The notes under the pieces: model-generated
The model's database searches: none
What the model was told of the DNA's origin: nothing
The model's input: only the letters and a program-made list of their open reading frames with translations
Shown here: positions 1-9,353 of the stretch, one piece after another
Numbering within the stretch: position 1 is the first letter of the stretch
Layout of the letters: every line of letters begins with the position of its first letter
Assembly: GCA_964504715.1 (NCBI GenBank)
Contig: CAZDEP010000001.1
Location: forward strand, 97,842-161,841
DNA from: an uncultured Candidatus Saccharibacteria bacterium
Lineage (GTDB): Bacteria > Patescibacteriota > Doudnabacteria > UBA920
Reading direction: 5' to 3'
Length of the DNA: 64,000 bases
Position numbers and translations under genes: made by a program

Positions 1-723
1 AAGATCGAACTTTTTTCCATTGCCGTGGGAGCAGCTCGTTTTTTCCGAGTGGCCTCCCTCGGTGCCCCCGGTAACGGTTACCGTACAGCCGCAGGCTTTT
101 TTAATGCCTATAATTTCGTTTATAGTTGTGTCCTGCATGCCCGCCAGCTGGGTTTGCGGCGCCGCTTTGTTTACGCTAATTCCATTTTGTGAAAGGACTG
201 CGCGGATTTGTTCTTCACTTTGCCCCCCAACGCCCGACGCCGAACCACTCGCCGGCACATTGCCAAAGCTGTAGCTTCGGCTTTGTCCTACCACGCTTGG
301 AGGCTGGATAGGCTGGAATTTAATCAAGTCGGGGTTTAAAAACTTAAGCAGCACGTAGCCTCCGGCCAGAATTACAATGGAAGTTACGCTGCTGATAAGT
401 ATGCTTTTGGCCTTGTCTACCGACTCCTGGTTGCCTTCGGCAGACATATATATGTAGCCGCCAATAACGATCATAAAGACCGAAAAGACAGATGCCACCA
501 CCAAAGCAAACCTATACAGCCTGTTTATGCAGTTATACAAATCCCCTTGCGCTGCCGTAGGATTGGTGCTGGCATCGCTGGGAGTGCATAAATAGTCGGT
601 AAGCTGCTGCTGGACACCGGTGTACTGTGTGGTTTGGGCGCGGGCGGGCGCGTACGTAAAAAACATTTCCACCAGTAAAAATCCCAAAATAAAAATTTTT
701 AATTTTTTTTTCGTTGCGAACAT
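1..723 (-). CDS. Secreted/membrane protein with signal peptide and two TM helices, pilin-like (possibly T4SS TrbC/VirB2-like); partial, C-terminus runs off the window start
   Basis: ATG at 723 on the minus strand opens a 241-codon frame with no stop to position 1 (MFATKKKLKIFILGFLLVEMFFTYAPARAQ...). N-terminal signal-like segment and two hydrophobic helices. Missing from the ORF track because it is open-ended. Confidence 0.6.
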   Translation of the reverse strand, partial: MFATKKKLKIFILGFLLVEMFFTYAPARAQTTQYTGVQQQLTDYLCTPSDASTNPTAAQGDLYNCINRLYRFALVVASVFSVFMIVIGGYIYMSAEGNQESVDKAKSILISSVTSIVILAGGYVLLKFLNPDLIKFQPIQPPSVVGQSRSYSFGNVPASGSASGVGGQSEEQIRAVLSQNGISVNKAAPQTQLAGMQDTTINEIIGIKKACGCTVTVTGGTEGGHSEKTSCSHGNGKKFDL

Positions 724-748
724 CTATAATATAAAAAATCTAACTATA

Positions 749-2065
749 TCATAAAAAATCTAAGGGATTGTAAGTGTAGCCATAAGGCACTTTATAAGGC
801 CCGTAAATATTTTCGTATTTACCCTTGGAAACGCCAAATCCTTCCGCATCGTATACGCCGAAGTGGATATGGTATCCCCTTTCGGGCCCGTAAAGTTTTT
901 TGGTGGTATTGCCCGTATTGCCCTCGTAGCCAATCAGGTCCCCTTGGCTGACCTTTTGGCCGGATGTAACTTTTATGGATCGCATATGGGCATAAAGCGT
1001 GACAATTTGGCTGGAGCCGTTTTTTGTAGAGAGGCTGTGTTTTACCGCCGCCCAATTGCCGAAAGATTGGTCTGATTTGTCGGTGTATACCACTTCGCCG
1101 TCCGCGGCCGCATAAATGGGCTGGCCGGCGGGGGCTGCCACATCTATCCCATTGTGAAAATTGTATCCGAGCGCGGTAAAACCGGTATTACCATACTTTT
1201 GCGTAAGCACGCCGTCCATGGGCCAGGCCAAAATGCCTTTGCTTACCCGGATGGTTTTATTTCCCAATTTTGTCCTGATCGCCGCATCCAAATCCTGGAC
1301 TTCTTTTTCCAGGTTAGTTTCTTCCTGTTTGCTTTGGGCCAGGAGCTTTTGGTAGTTGCTTTCAAGGCCCCGTGTTTGGTTTAAGAGCACCTGCCTCTGG
1401 TCCCTTTGTTCCTTCAGCGATGAACGGGTTATTTCCAGCTGTTCTTTAAGTTCTTCCAGTTGCTTGAGCTGTATTTTAAGTTCCGCCTGTTGTTTTTCAA
1501 GACGGGCCTTTAATTCCTCAATTTTTGCCAGCAGCTGGTAAATTTTTTCCTGCACACTTTGGTTGTATTGGATTTGGTCCAAAAATTCGGACAAGCTGCC
1601 GCTGCCCAAAGTGGTTTGGAGGGTATACTGGCTGTCGAATTCGTAAAGCTGCTGCAGGAGCAGGCTTAAAACATTTTTGTTTTCCTCAATGTCGTTGATT
1701 TTTTGCTGGATAAGCTTTTCAAGTTCGGCAATTTGCAGGCTCGTGTCGTCAATTTGGGTTTCGCGGGCCTGGATTTGGAGTTCTGTGGACGCTATTTCCT
1801 TGTCGAAAATCAACAGCTCATTTTTTAGGCTTGCTGATTTTGACCGCGTGTCGGCTATTTGCTTGGTTAGCCCCTGGATTTGCTTGTTTAATTCAGTCAG
1901 TTTTTTTTGCCTTTCCGCTTTTGCGGCATTTAAAGCGTCAACAGAAGAAGTATTGGTAGTCGTCGGAGTTTGGGCGGCAGCGCTAAAACCCGCCAGGCCG
2001 AGGCAGAAAATTCCGCCGAGGAGGAGGATTTTGGTTTTTGTGTTTATTTCTCTTAAGTAGTTCAT
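749..2065 (-). CDS. M23 (LytM) peptidoglycan endopeptidase with long N-terminal coiled coil (EnvC-like)
   Basis: C-terminal GIDVAAPAGQPIYAAADGEV...HIHFGVY (HxxxD and HxH M23 motifs). Coiled-coil N-terminal half rich in Q/E/L/K. Confidence 0.85.
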   Translation of the reverse strand: MNYLREINTKTKILLLGGIFCLGLAGFSAAAQTPTTTNTSSVDALNAAKAERQKKLTELNKQIQGLTKQIADTRSKSASLKNELLIFDKEIASTELQIQARETQIDDTSLQIAELEKLIQQKINDIEENKNVLSLLLQQLYEFDSQYTLQTTLGSGSLSEFLDQIQYNQSVQEKIYQLLAKIEELKARLEKQQAELKIQLKQLEELKEQLEITRSSLKEQRDQRQVLLNQTRGLESNYQKLLAQSKQEETNLEKEVQDLDAAIRTKLGNKTIRVSKGILAWPMDGVLTQKYGNTGFTALGYNFHNGIDVAAPAGQPIYAAADGEVVYTDKSDQSFGNWAAVKHSLSTKNGSSQIVTLYAHMRSIKVTSGQKVSQGDLIGYEGNTGNTTKKLYGPERGYHIHFGVYDAEGFGVSKGKYENIYGPYKVPYGYTYNPLDFL

Positions 2066-2107
2066 TGGTAAATATAATTATACCATTATTTTATGCTATT
2101 AGCCAAA

Positions 2108-2141
2108 TAAAAATGCCCCGCTGTAAGCGGGGCATTTTAGT
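2108..2141 (-). terminator. Intrinsic terminator after gltX; stem-loop with conserved CCCGCTGTAAGCGGG core plus U-run
   Basis: aaaatgccccgctgtaagcggggcatttt, followed on the minus strand by tttttatttgg. Confidence 0.6.
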
Positions 2142-3667
2142 TATGCTGCGAGTTTTTCCCGGGCAATGGTTAGGCGGCTTAGTATTTCGTTTTTGCCAAA
2201 TCCAATGGCTAACACCGCCGCGACCTGGTTGGGCGGCGGGCTTTTTTCCATGCCCGTGAGCGCCGCCCTAAGCGGCCACAGCACGCTGCCTTTGTCATAA
2301 TTTTTTTCGGCAATAAAAGTTTCCAGTTCCGTTTGCAACTTATTTGCATCGGTTAAAACCGCTTCGTTTTTGCCTTCCAAAAATTCCGCAAGCTCTTTTA
2401 GTTTCTCACCCGCGTCTTGGACCGTGGATTTTTTCCAGGGCAAGAGCGAAGCCGGATATTCGGGCAGCTTAAAGAAGTAAGCCGTCCTCTGCCCTATCTC
2501 GGAAAGCTTTTTAAGGCGCTCCTGTTCCAAGGCGGCAATGGCCGTGAGGTAATCGGACGAAGTTTTGTTAACATCCACTCCCGCGGACTGCCAAAAAGGT
2601 TTGAGTTTTTCGGCCAGCTCCCCCGCCGGCAGTTTTTTTATATATTGGGAGTTAAACCATTCCAACTTGGTGTCATCAAATACGGCTCCGGCTTTGTTTA
2701 CGTTAGATAAGTCAAACTGCGTTATTAATTCATCGAGCGTAAATAATTCCTGGTCAGTCTTGGGATTCCACCCTAGAAATGCCACGAAGTTTATTAGAGC
2801 CTCTTTCAAATAGCCGTGCTTTAAGAAATCTTCCACCGCCACGTCGCCCTGGCGTTTGGATAATTTTGATTTGTCCGGGTTCAAAATCAGGGGCAGGTGC
2901 GCGAATTGGGTGGGCTGCCATCCCAGGGCTTTATAAATCAGCAGATGCTTGGGTGTGGAAGGGATCCATTCTTCGCCGCGGATAACGTGGGTAATTTCCA
3001 TTAAATGGTCGTCAACGACTACGGCTAAGTGGTAGGTGGGAAAGCCGTCGGATTTTAAAATTACCTGGTCGTCTAAAACTTTGTGGTCGTAAGTTATTTT
3101 GCCGTAAATCAAGTCGTTAATTTCGGTTTGGCCTTCCAAAGGGATGGCAAAGCGGACGACGGGATTTTTCCCCGCCGCCTTGAATTCACCCAATTTTGTT
3201 TTTACTTCATCGTCTTTTAAATTTCTGCACAGCCTGTCGTACATGGGCGGCTTTTTAAGGGCGGTTTGCTCTTTGCGCATTTGCTCCAGGCGCTGTTCGC
3301 TGCAAAAACAGTAGTAAGCCTTATTCTCTGCCAATAGTTGGTCAGCGTATTTTTGGTAAACGCCCATATGTTTTCTTTCCGACTGAACATATGGCCCGTA
3401 TTTGCCAGTGCCTATCCCCGGCCCTTCGTCAAATTTTATGCCGACAAAATTTAAAACTTCAATCAGGTTTTCTTTTGCACCTTCTACAAAGCGGTTTTGG
3501 TCCGTATCCTCTATCCTTAAAAAATGCTCTCCTCCACTATGCCTGGCAAACAAATACGAAAAAAGCGCAGTCCTTAAACTGCCAATATGCACAAAGCCGG
3601 TGGGTGATGGCGCGAAGCGGGTGCGGATTAATTGACCAGGATTGTTCATAATAAAATAGGTTCTCAA
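2141..3667 (-). CDS. gltX: Glutamyl-tRNA synthetase
   Basis: RFAPSPTGFVHIGSLRTALF (HIGH region) and KLSKR (KMSKS). Class I catalytic core. Confidence 0.95.
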   Translation of the reverse strand: MRTYFIMNNPGQLIRTRFAPSPTGFVHIGSLRTALFSYLFARHSGGEHFLRIEDTDQNRFVEGAKENLIEVLNFVGIKFDEGPGIGTGKYGPYVQSERKHMGVYQKYADQLLAENKAYYCFCSEQRLEQMRKEQTALKKPPMYDRLCRNLKDDEVKTKLGEFKAAGKNPVVRFAIPLEGQTEINDLIYGKITYDHKVLDDQVILKSDGFPTYHLAVVVDDHLMEITHVIRGEEWIPSTPKHLLIYKALGWQPTQFAHLPLILNPDKSKLSKRQGDVAVEDFLKHGYLKEALINFVAFLGWNPKTDQELFTLDELITQFDLSNVNKAGAVFDDTKLEWFNSQYIKKLPAGELAEKLKPFWQSAGVDVNKTSSDYLTAIAALEQERLKKLSEIGQRTAYFFKLPEYPASLLPWKKSTVQDAGEKLKELAEFLEGKNEAVLTDANKLQTELETFIAEKNYDKGSVLWPLRAALTGMEKSPPPNQVAAVLAIGFGKNEILSRLTIAREKLAA

Positions 3668-3698
3668 TAAGATTTTTGAATTCGACTTTCATTGACCA

Positions 3699-5096
3699 TT
3701 ATATCAATTTTGCCTGCCCGCCTCTGGCGGGGTCAATCTTGCCAGTGTTAATTATACCTTTTTGCTGCATTCCTTTCAAATCCTCCACAACTATTTCCGT
3801 AAGATTACTTCTTTCTGAATGTATGGTGCGGGCCAAGTTTTCCGGCAATTCCCATTTGAAATCTATAAATTCGTGGTTGTCGACTTTTACGTCGGTGTCC
3901 TGTCCTAAATTTTGGAAGTAAACAATGTTTTGTGTTTGGCCGCGGTTCCGGAAAGGCTTGCTAAACACGCGTGCCCAGGTTAGAGGAAAACGGTAAGAAT
4001 GGGTGCGGGGGGAGGTCCACAAATGTTTTAAGTTGTTAAGGCCCGTTTCCTCCAAAGCCTCGCGGCTGGCTCCCTCTTCCGGGCTTTCGTTTTTGTGCAG
4101 GCCGCCTTGCGGCAATTGCCAATAGTTGGCAAATTTGTCCCTGTCTTCCCCTAGTGAATCGTAAATTTTTGGCTTTGGATGCCGCCTGCAAATTAAAATG
4201 TTCCCCTGGCCGTTTAAAACAACTATAGCTGCGTTTGGCCTGAGTGGCATTTGTTCGTAAATTTTAAATAAAAGGAGTTTGTTGACTAAACCAAAAGTGG
4301 CGTTTTTTATGCGCCACACTCTGCCCGGTTGGGTTAGGAGCCGCCATAACCATTCAAAGCCCGCTTGTCTTACCCATTTTGGCGGATTTGCTTTTTTGCC
4401 GGCAAGATAATCGAACGTGCCCCCGAGGCCAACAAAGAGTTTGACCGAAGGCAGTTTGCCCTGATTTGCCCAAATCCACTGCTCCTGTTGGATAGGTCCG
4501 TAGGCGACAAATAATATACTCGGTTTGGACTTGTTTATTTCATCAATAACCGTTAAATCATTTGGATGCTTGTTTGAATACCCCGCAATAAATTCACTAT
4601 AATTTAAATTACGGCCGTTAACTATATTAAACAACTTTTCTGAGGCTATTTGGGGGGTGTCGCCAAAGCCGCCCAACAAAAAAATGGACGAATTATTTTC
4701 AGCAGCCATTTTGGCAATGTCCCAAATAAGCTCGCTGCCGGGAATTTTTTCTGCAAGCCCAGCTTCTTCCCTGTCTTTTTGTGAAAAAGGTAGAGCGACT
4801 AACGTAAATGCCGCTTGCCAAATGGTTTGAATAACTTTGAGCCAAAAGTTTTTAGCGGAAAGGGGCAAATTTAAAAACTTTTGCGCCCATAAAATTCCAA
4901 TGCCGTCCGCCACGGCAATATCAGCGTGGTTAAGCATAGTCATAACCGGCCGGTTTTTTAGGGCCGCGTAGAGAAATTCCGAGTAAACAGTGGTCAGCCA
5001 AATTTTTTCACCCTTAGCAATGCTTCGCCCTATTGAATTGAGCAATTCTTGCTTGGTGAGGCTGTCTATTTTAAGTCCGGCGATATCTGCTTTCAT
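3699..5096 (-). CDS. Fusion protein: WecG/TagA-family glycosyltransferase (N-terminal) plus NUDIX hydrolase (C-terminal)
   Basis: N-terminal ADGIGILWAQKFL...FLLGG...GLGGTFDYLAGKKANPPKWVRQAGFEWLWRL matches WecG/TagA. C-terminal QLPQGGLHKNESPEEGASREALEETGL is a Nudix box. Confidence 0.75.
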   Translation of the reverse strand: MKADIAGLKIDSLTKQELLNSIGRSIAKGEKIWLTTVYSEFLYAALKNRPVMTMLNHADIAVADGIGILWAQKFLNLPLSAKNFWLKVIQTIWQAAFTLVALPFSQKDREEAGLAEKIPGSELIWDIAKMAAENNSSIFLLGGFGDTPQIASEKLFNIVNGRNLNYSEFIAGYSNKHPNDLTVIDEINKSKPSILFVAYGPIQQEQWIWANQGKLPSVKLFVGLGGTFDYLAGKKANPPKWVRQAGFEWLWRLLTQPGRVWRIKNATFGLVNKLLLFKIYEQMPLRPNAAIVVLNGQGNILICRRHPKPKIYDSLGEDRDKFANYWQLPQGGLHKNESPEEGASREALEETGLNNLKHLWTSPRTHSYRFPLTWARVFSKPFRNRGQTQNIVYFQNLGQDTDVKVDNHEFIDFKWELPENLARTIHSERSNLTEIVVEDLKGMQQKGIINTGKIDPARGGQAKLI

Positions 5097-5208
5097 GCTT
5101 TAGATTATATCCAAAATTGGCAAAATAGGCTATAATAAGTAAAAAAGCAGCCATTATTTTAGACTGCCAGAATGACTAAGTCACGGGTAATTTAATTTGA
5201 TTTAATTT

Positions 5209-5496
5209 GTGGAATCTTTAGGAAAAATAACCAAAATCGCCTCGAGGCTGTCTGTAAAGCCAAAAAAAGACACCCACCTCCACTCCCCTGCCCATTTGTT
5301 GGCTGACGAGCTTTCGGTAAAACTCAACGACAGAAAGCATTTTGCTTTGTATTTGGGCTTGGCAAAAAAGTTTGACCAGGGTTTTTTGCGCAGTATTTTA
5401 GGTCAGGTGCTGGAGTCCAAGGAAGTCAAAAACCCTGGGAAGCTGTTTATGTTTTTGGTCAAGAAAAATAAGTATAATCCGAATGTTCCGACTTAG
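5209..5496 (+). CDS. Hypothetical small basic protein
   Basis: 95-aa ORF upstream of def with no recognisable motif. Start codon uncertain. Confidence 0.35.
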   Translation: MESLGKITKIASRLSVKPKKDTHLHSPAHLLADELSVKLNDRKHFALYLGLAKKFDQGFLRSILGQVLESKEVKNPGKLFMFLVKKNKYNPNVPT

Positions 5497-5549
5497 CATC
5501 TAAACGCCCCGAATTCGGCCAATTTGATTTACAGTATTTTCTATAATTT

Positions 5550-6044
5550 ATGATTCTTCCCATCTTAACTCATCCAAATAAAATTTTAAGACAGCCGACA
5601 GAGCCGGTGGCTTTCCCTCTTTCTCCTGAAATGCAAAAGTTGACCCGGGACATGATAGATACCGTCAAGAAAGCGGACGGAATTGGCCTGGCCGCGCCCC
5701 AGGTGGGCAGGTCGGTGAAGTTGGTTATTATAAATTTGGAAAAGTCCGGCCTTCCCCTCTTCCCGCTTTATAACCCAAAAATTACGTCCCGAGGTTTTAG
5801 AAAAATGGAAATTGAAGAGGGCTGCCTCTCCATCCCCGGCGTGTTTGGTATGGTTAAACGCCCCAAGAAAGTGACAATTGAAGCGCAGAATGCCCGGGGA
5901 GAAAAAATTTCCATAACCGACGAGGGCTGGATATCTCGGGTGGCCCAGCATGAAATCGACCACATAAACGGCGTGCTTATTATTGACCTGATAAAAAAAT
6001 ATACCCAGGGCGAAGATTTAGTCAGATTACAAATACACAAATAG
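5550..6044 (+). CDS. def: Peptide deformylase
   Basis: GIGLAAPQVG, EGCLSIPG and HEIDHINGV motifs. Confidence 0.95.
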   Translation: MILPILTHPNKILRQPTEPVAFPLSPEMQKLTRDMIDTVKKADGIGLAAPQVGRSVKLVIINLEKSGLPLFPLYNPKITSRGFRKMEIEEGCLSIPGVFGMVKRPKKVTIEAQNARGEKISITDEGWISRVAQHEIDHINGVLIIDLIKKYTQGEDLVRLQIHK

Positions 6045-6045
6045 G

Positions 6046-6102
6046 CACTAATCGCACCAATATAGGATTAGTGAAATTTGTGGCATTTGTGAATTTGTGA
6101 CC
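6046..6102 (+). repeat. Start-codon-proximal palindromic leader element (CACTAAT/ATTAGTG plus 3x ATTTGTG units), ends 1 nt before ATG 6104
   Basis: cactaatcgcaccaatataggattagtgaaatttgtggcatttgtgaatttgtgacc. Related to the element at 27796-27872. Confidence 0.6.
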
Positions 6103-6103
6103 T

Positions 6104-6640
6104 ATGAAGTTTATAAAAGATCTTTTGTTATTTGAAATAACCACCACCGGCACCGACTTGGATAAAGACAATATTATCCAGCTTTCTGCTGTGGTGCTCG
6201 ACAAAGATAACCTGCTGGAAAAAGGCTATTTTAATTCTTATATCCGGGTAAGTTATTTGGACAATATTATTTGGGAGCATTCAAAGCTTTTGCGCATCCC
6301 GCCTGAAATGCTGAAAAAAAGCAGCAAAGTTTATGATGTTATAAAAAAGTTCCACCACAGTTTTGGCAAAGAGTATTTGCTTGCCACCCACAACCTTACC
6401 AATATTATGTTTTTGAGGCAGGCGTTTAAAAAAGCCGTTGTGCCCTGGACTTACGAGCAGCATGTGCTGGATTTGTGGACTCTGGGCTACATTTATACCT
6501 TAAATTACGGCCTTAAAAAAATGCCCTCGGCCAATACTTTTTTTGATTATTTTAAAATTAAACAGTCCAACCCTTACGATGCCCTGGAAAAAGTGAGAAA
6601 CGAAGCGGAAGTTTTTAGGAAAATTATTAGAGAAGTTTAA
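6104..6640 (+). CDS. DEDDh 3'-5' exonuclease (DnaQ/oligoribonuclease-like), paralog 1
   Basis: LLLFEITTTG (Exo I) and C-terminal H-x4-D motif (YDALEKV region). Homologous to the next gene. Confidence 0.7.
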   Translation: MKFIKDLLLFEITTTGTDLDKDNIIQLSAVVLDKDNLLEKGYFNSYIRVSYLDNIIWEHSKLLRIPPEMLKKSSKVYDVIKKFHHSFGKEYLLATHNLTNIMFLRQAFKKAVVPWTYEQHVLDLWTLGYIYTLNYGLKKMPSANTFFDYFKIKQSNPYDALEKVRNEAEVFRKIIREV

Positions 6641-6642
6641 CA

Positions 6643-6750
6643 TAATTCGAATTATCCGAATGAAGGCAGTCCGAATGCCCCTAAAGGCAAAGTTTCGGAT
6701 CATTCGGATCCGCCCTGGGGCGGATAATTCGGAGCATTAGGATTATATTT
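6643..6750 (+). repeat. Leader element: 3 direct (T)CCGAAT units, centre, 3 inverted ATTCGGA units, abutting ATG 6751
   Basis: aattcgaatt atccgaatg agtccgaatg ... tttcggatc attcggatc ... ataattcggag. Confidence 0.6.
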
Positions 6751-7314
6751 ATGGATTTCAAAAAAGATTTATTGCTTATTGACTTAGAGACCACGGGGTT
6801 GGATGCGCAAAAGCACGAAATAATCCAAATCGGCGCAGTACTTTTGGACAGGAAGACTTTGAAGGAAAAGGAAGTTTTTTCGTCATATAGTAAACCCGCT
6901 AAGTGGAAAAAGCGCGATCCGGAATCCATGAAAATAAACGGCATCACTTGGGAAAACCTAAAAGGCGCTCCCAGCTTGAAAGAAGTTTTGGGGAGGTTCA
7001 GCGGGCTTTGTAGGCCCGAAAACGTGGTGCTTTCTTATTACGGCGGCCCTTTGGATATGGATTTTTTGCGCGAAGCGTATAAAAAGGCCGGGCTTAAATG
7101 GCAGTTTGACTACCATTACTTTAACTTGTGGGCGGTATTCTATGCGTTTTTGGCTTCCAAGAATAAGCTAAGAAATTCCAAAAAATTTACGGGGTTTTCT
7201 TTGGACGATTTTATGAAGGAATTCAAAATTAAGTCCAACAGCCGCCACGACGCCTTGGAAGACTGCAGAATAGAGGCGGAGGTTTTGCGCCGAATCGTGC
7301 AAAATTTAAAATAG
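6751..7314 (+). CDS. DEDDh 3'-5' exonuclease (DnaQ/oligoribonuclease-like), paralog 2
   Basis: LLLIDLETTGLD (Exo I) and HDALEDCRIEAEV (Exo III, H-x4-D). Confidence 0.75.
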   Translation: MDFKKDLLLIDLETTGLDAQKHEIIQIGAVLLDRKTLKEKEVFSSYSKPAKWKKRDPESMKINGITWENLKGAPSLKEVLGRFSGLCRPENVVLSYYGGPLDMDFLREAYKKAGLKWQFDYHYFNLWAVFYAFLASKNKLRNSKKFTGFSLDDFMKEFKIKSNSRHDALEDCRIEAEVLRRIVQNLK

Positions 7315-7336
7315 CAAAAAACTACATATAATACAT

Positions 7337-8335
7337 ATGAATGATAATATGCCCGCCAGAGGCGGGTCCCTGCCCGTACGGCAGGCGGGCGCCTTTGGCG
7401 CAAAGATCGTATTTTTTGGAACATCCAACGTTGCGCTTCCGGTTTTAGAAGCTTTATCAAAAAAACATGAAATTGCGGCCGTGGTTACCATGCCGGACGC
7501 GCCGGTGGGCAGGTCCCAGGTTTTAACCGAAAGCCCGGTTTCCGTTTTGGCCAAAGAGATGAACTTAAAAATCCTGAAGCCTGCCAAGGTCAAGGATAAC
7601 GAAGTTTTTAAGCTGGAACTGCAGAGTTTTGGAGCTGAACTTTTCGTTGTCGTTTCTTATGGTCAGATTTTGCCAGAAGAAGTAATTAACATGCCGAAGT
7701 TTAGGACACTCAATGTCCACTTTTCTCTTTTGCCGAAATACCGCGGTCCTTCCCCCATCCAATCGGCAATTTTAAACGGCGAAAAAGAAACGGGCACATC
7801 AATTTTTATTCTCGACGAGCAAGTGGATCATGGGCCCGTTTTGGCACAAAAACCCATGACTATAGATGAGGATGACAATTCGGTAAGCCTTTCCCAAAAA
7901 TTAGCCTTCGCGTCTGCGGAGCTAATTATTCCCACCATCGAAAGTTACACATCGGGCAGCCTAATAGCCCAGCCTCAGGACGATGCCGCCGCCACGCACA
8001 CGCAGCATATAGACAAAGCCCACGGCAGGATTGACTGGAATAAGCCCGCGCAGGAAATTTATAACCAATTCCGGGCTTTTTACCCTTGGCCCGGGATTTG
8101 GACGAAGTGGGACGGGAAAATTTTAAAAATAGTTGATTGCAGAACTATAGAACTACAGAATCAAAACACTACAGATGCCTACAGAAACGGGCAGGTTTTG
8201 GATGGAGGGGTAGTGGCGTGCGGAGAAAATACTTGTTTGCAAATTAATACCCTCCAATTGGAGGGTAAAAAAGAAACAAAAATATTGGATTTTTTGAACG
8301 GTTATCCCAATTTTATTTCATCCTTGCTGGAATAA
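7337..8335 (+). CDS. fmt: Methionyl-tRNA formyltransferase
   Basis: IVFFGTS N-terminus, HFSLLPKYRGPSPIQSAIL formyltransferase motif, C-terminal Fmt domain. True start may be a downstream Met. Confidence 0.9.
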   Translation: MNDNMPARGGSLPVRQAGAFGAKIVFFGTSNVALPVLEALSKKHEIAAVVTMPDAPVGRSQVLTESPVSVLAKEMNLKILKPAKVKDNEVFKLELQSFGAELFVVVSYGQILPEEVINMPKFRTLNVHFSLLPKYRGPSPIQSAILNGEKETGTSIFILDEQVDHGPVLAQKPMTIDEDDNSVSLSQKLAFASAELIIPTIESYTSGSLIAQPQDDAAATHTQHIDKAHGRIDWNKPAQEIYNQFRAFYPWPGIWTKWDGKILKIVDCRTIELQNQNTTDAYRNGQVLDGGVVACGENTCLQINTLQLEGKKETKILDFLNGYPNFISSLLE

Positions 8336-8347
8336 GATTGTTTAGAC

Positions 8348-9247
8348 TTATTTTAGATATTTAAGCTTATTGGCTACGTGTTCCTCAAACGTCCTTGAAT
8401 ACACCGGCTCGCCCGAGGGCTGTTTGTGCAGGAAATAAAAGTAGTCGGTATGAGTAGGGTTTAAAACAGCCGTAATGGAAGAAAGTGAAGGGTTGCCGAT
8501 GGGCGTGGGTGGTAATCCCCTGTTTTTGTAAGTGTTGTAAGGGGAATTTTTTTCCAGGTCCTCTAAAAGCGGCGAAGGGTCATTTTTGCCGGTAAAGTAG
8601 TTAATTGTCGCGTCACTTTGGAGCGCCATGCCGGCATTTAGGCGGTTGTAAAAAATCCCGGCAACAATGCGCCGTTCTTCGTCCAGTCTGGCTTTGGATT
8701 CGGCGCTTATGGCATTTCTGCCGGTTTCGTTTTCAATTATTGATGCCAAAGTAATTGCTTCATACACGCTTAAACCCTGTTTTTTTGCCAGCGCTTCCGC
8801 GTTTGTAGGGAGCCGTTTTTTAAATGTGTCTAAAAGCTTTTTTATTATGGTTCCGGAAGCTTCGTCTGCAGGCGTTAATGAACGGTCGGAAATAGATTTA
8901 AACAAACGGTAAGAGTCGGGATATAAAAATCCTTGGAGGTCGCCTTTTGCGTCTTTGGGCAGCAAGTCGTCGTATTCCGAGGTATTAAAGTTTTTTAAGG
9001 CCTTTAAAAAATCACTCGCAGAAACAATCCCCTGCTTTTCCAAATAAGCGGCAATTTCTTTGTTGGACCAGCCTTCAATTATGCGGATATTTATTTCTTC
9101 GGCCTTCTGGTTTTCTATGGATTGCTTTTTTAAAAGCAATTGGTTTTTTTTGTATTTATAGTAAGCCCCGCCTAAGCCGCACGCTAAAATAAGCGCCAAG
9201 GCGCCTAAGATTATGCGGTGTTTTGTGCTGAGTAAAGAAATTTGCAT
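8348..9247 (-). CDS. mltG: Endolytic murein transglycosylase MltG/YceG family
   Basis: N-terminal TM helix and YceG-like core GLPPTPIGNPSLSSI...YFYFLHK. Confidence 0.75.
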   Translation of the reverse strand: MQISLLSTKHRIILGALALILACGLGGAYYKYKKNQLLLKKQSIENQKAEEINIRIIEGWSNKEIAAYLEKQGIVSASDFLKALKNFNTSEYDDLLPKDAKGDLQGFLYPDSYRLFKSISDRSLTPADEASGTIIKKLLDTFKKRLPTNAEALAKKQGLSVYEAITLASIIENETGRNAISAESKARLDEERRIVAGIFYNRLNAGMALQSDATINYFTGKNDPSPLLEDLEKNSPYNTYKNRGLPPTPIGNPSLSSITAVLNPTHTDYFYFLHKQPSGEPVYSRTFEEHVANKLKYLK

Positions 9248-9353
9248 AGAACAATTATACCATTGCCCAGGGCTTGGGCAAAGGGTAATTATGAAAAACC
9301 CTCCCCATTTATACGGGGAGGGTTTTGAAAACGCGTGTTCCCAAAATACGGAT

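Noticed and set aside
20-274. Plus-strand 84-aa ORF at the window start
   Set aside because: It overlaps the open-ended minus-strand pilin-like CDS (1-723), which has a signal peptide and TM helices. The plus ORF is Pro/Cys-rich with no features.
6046-6750. CRISPR array interpretation of the short tandem repeats
   Set aside because: Units are 7-9 nt with no spacers. They are arranged as direct-then-inverted triplets forming hairpins, and there are no cas genes.
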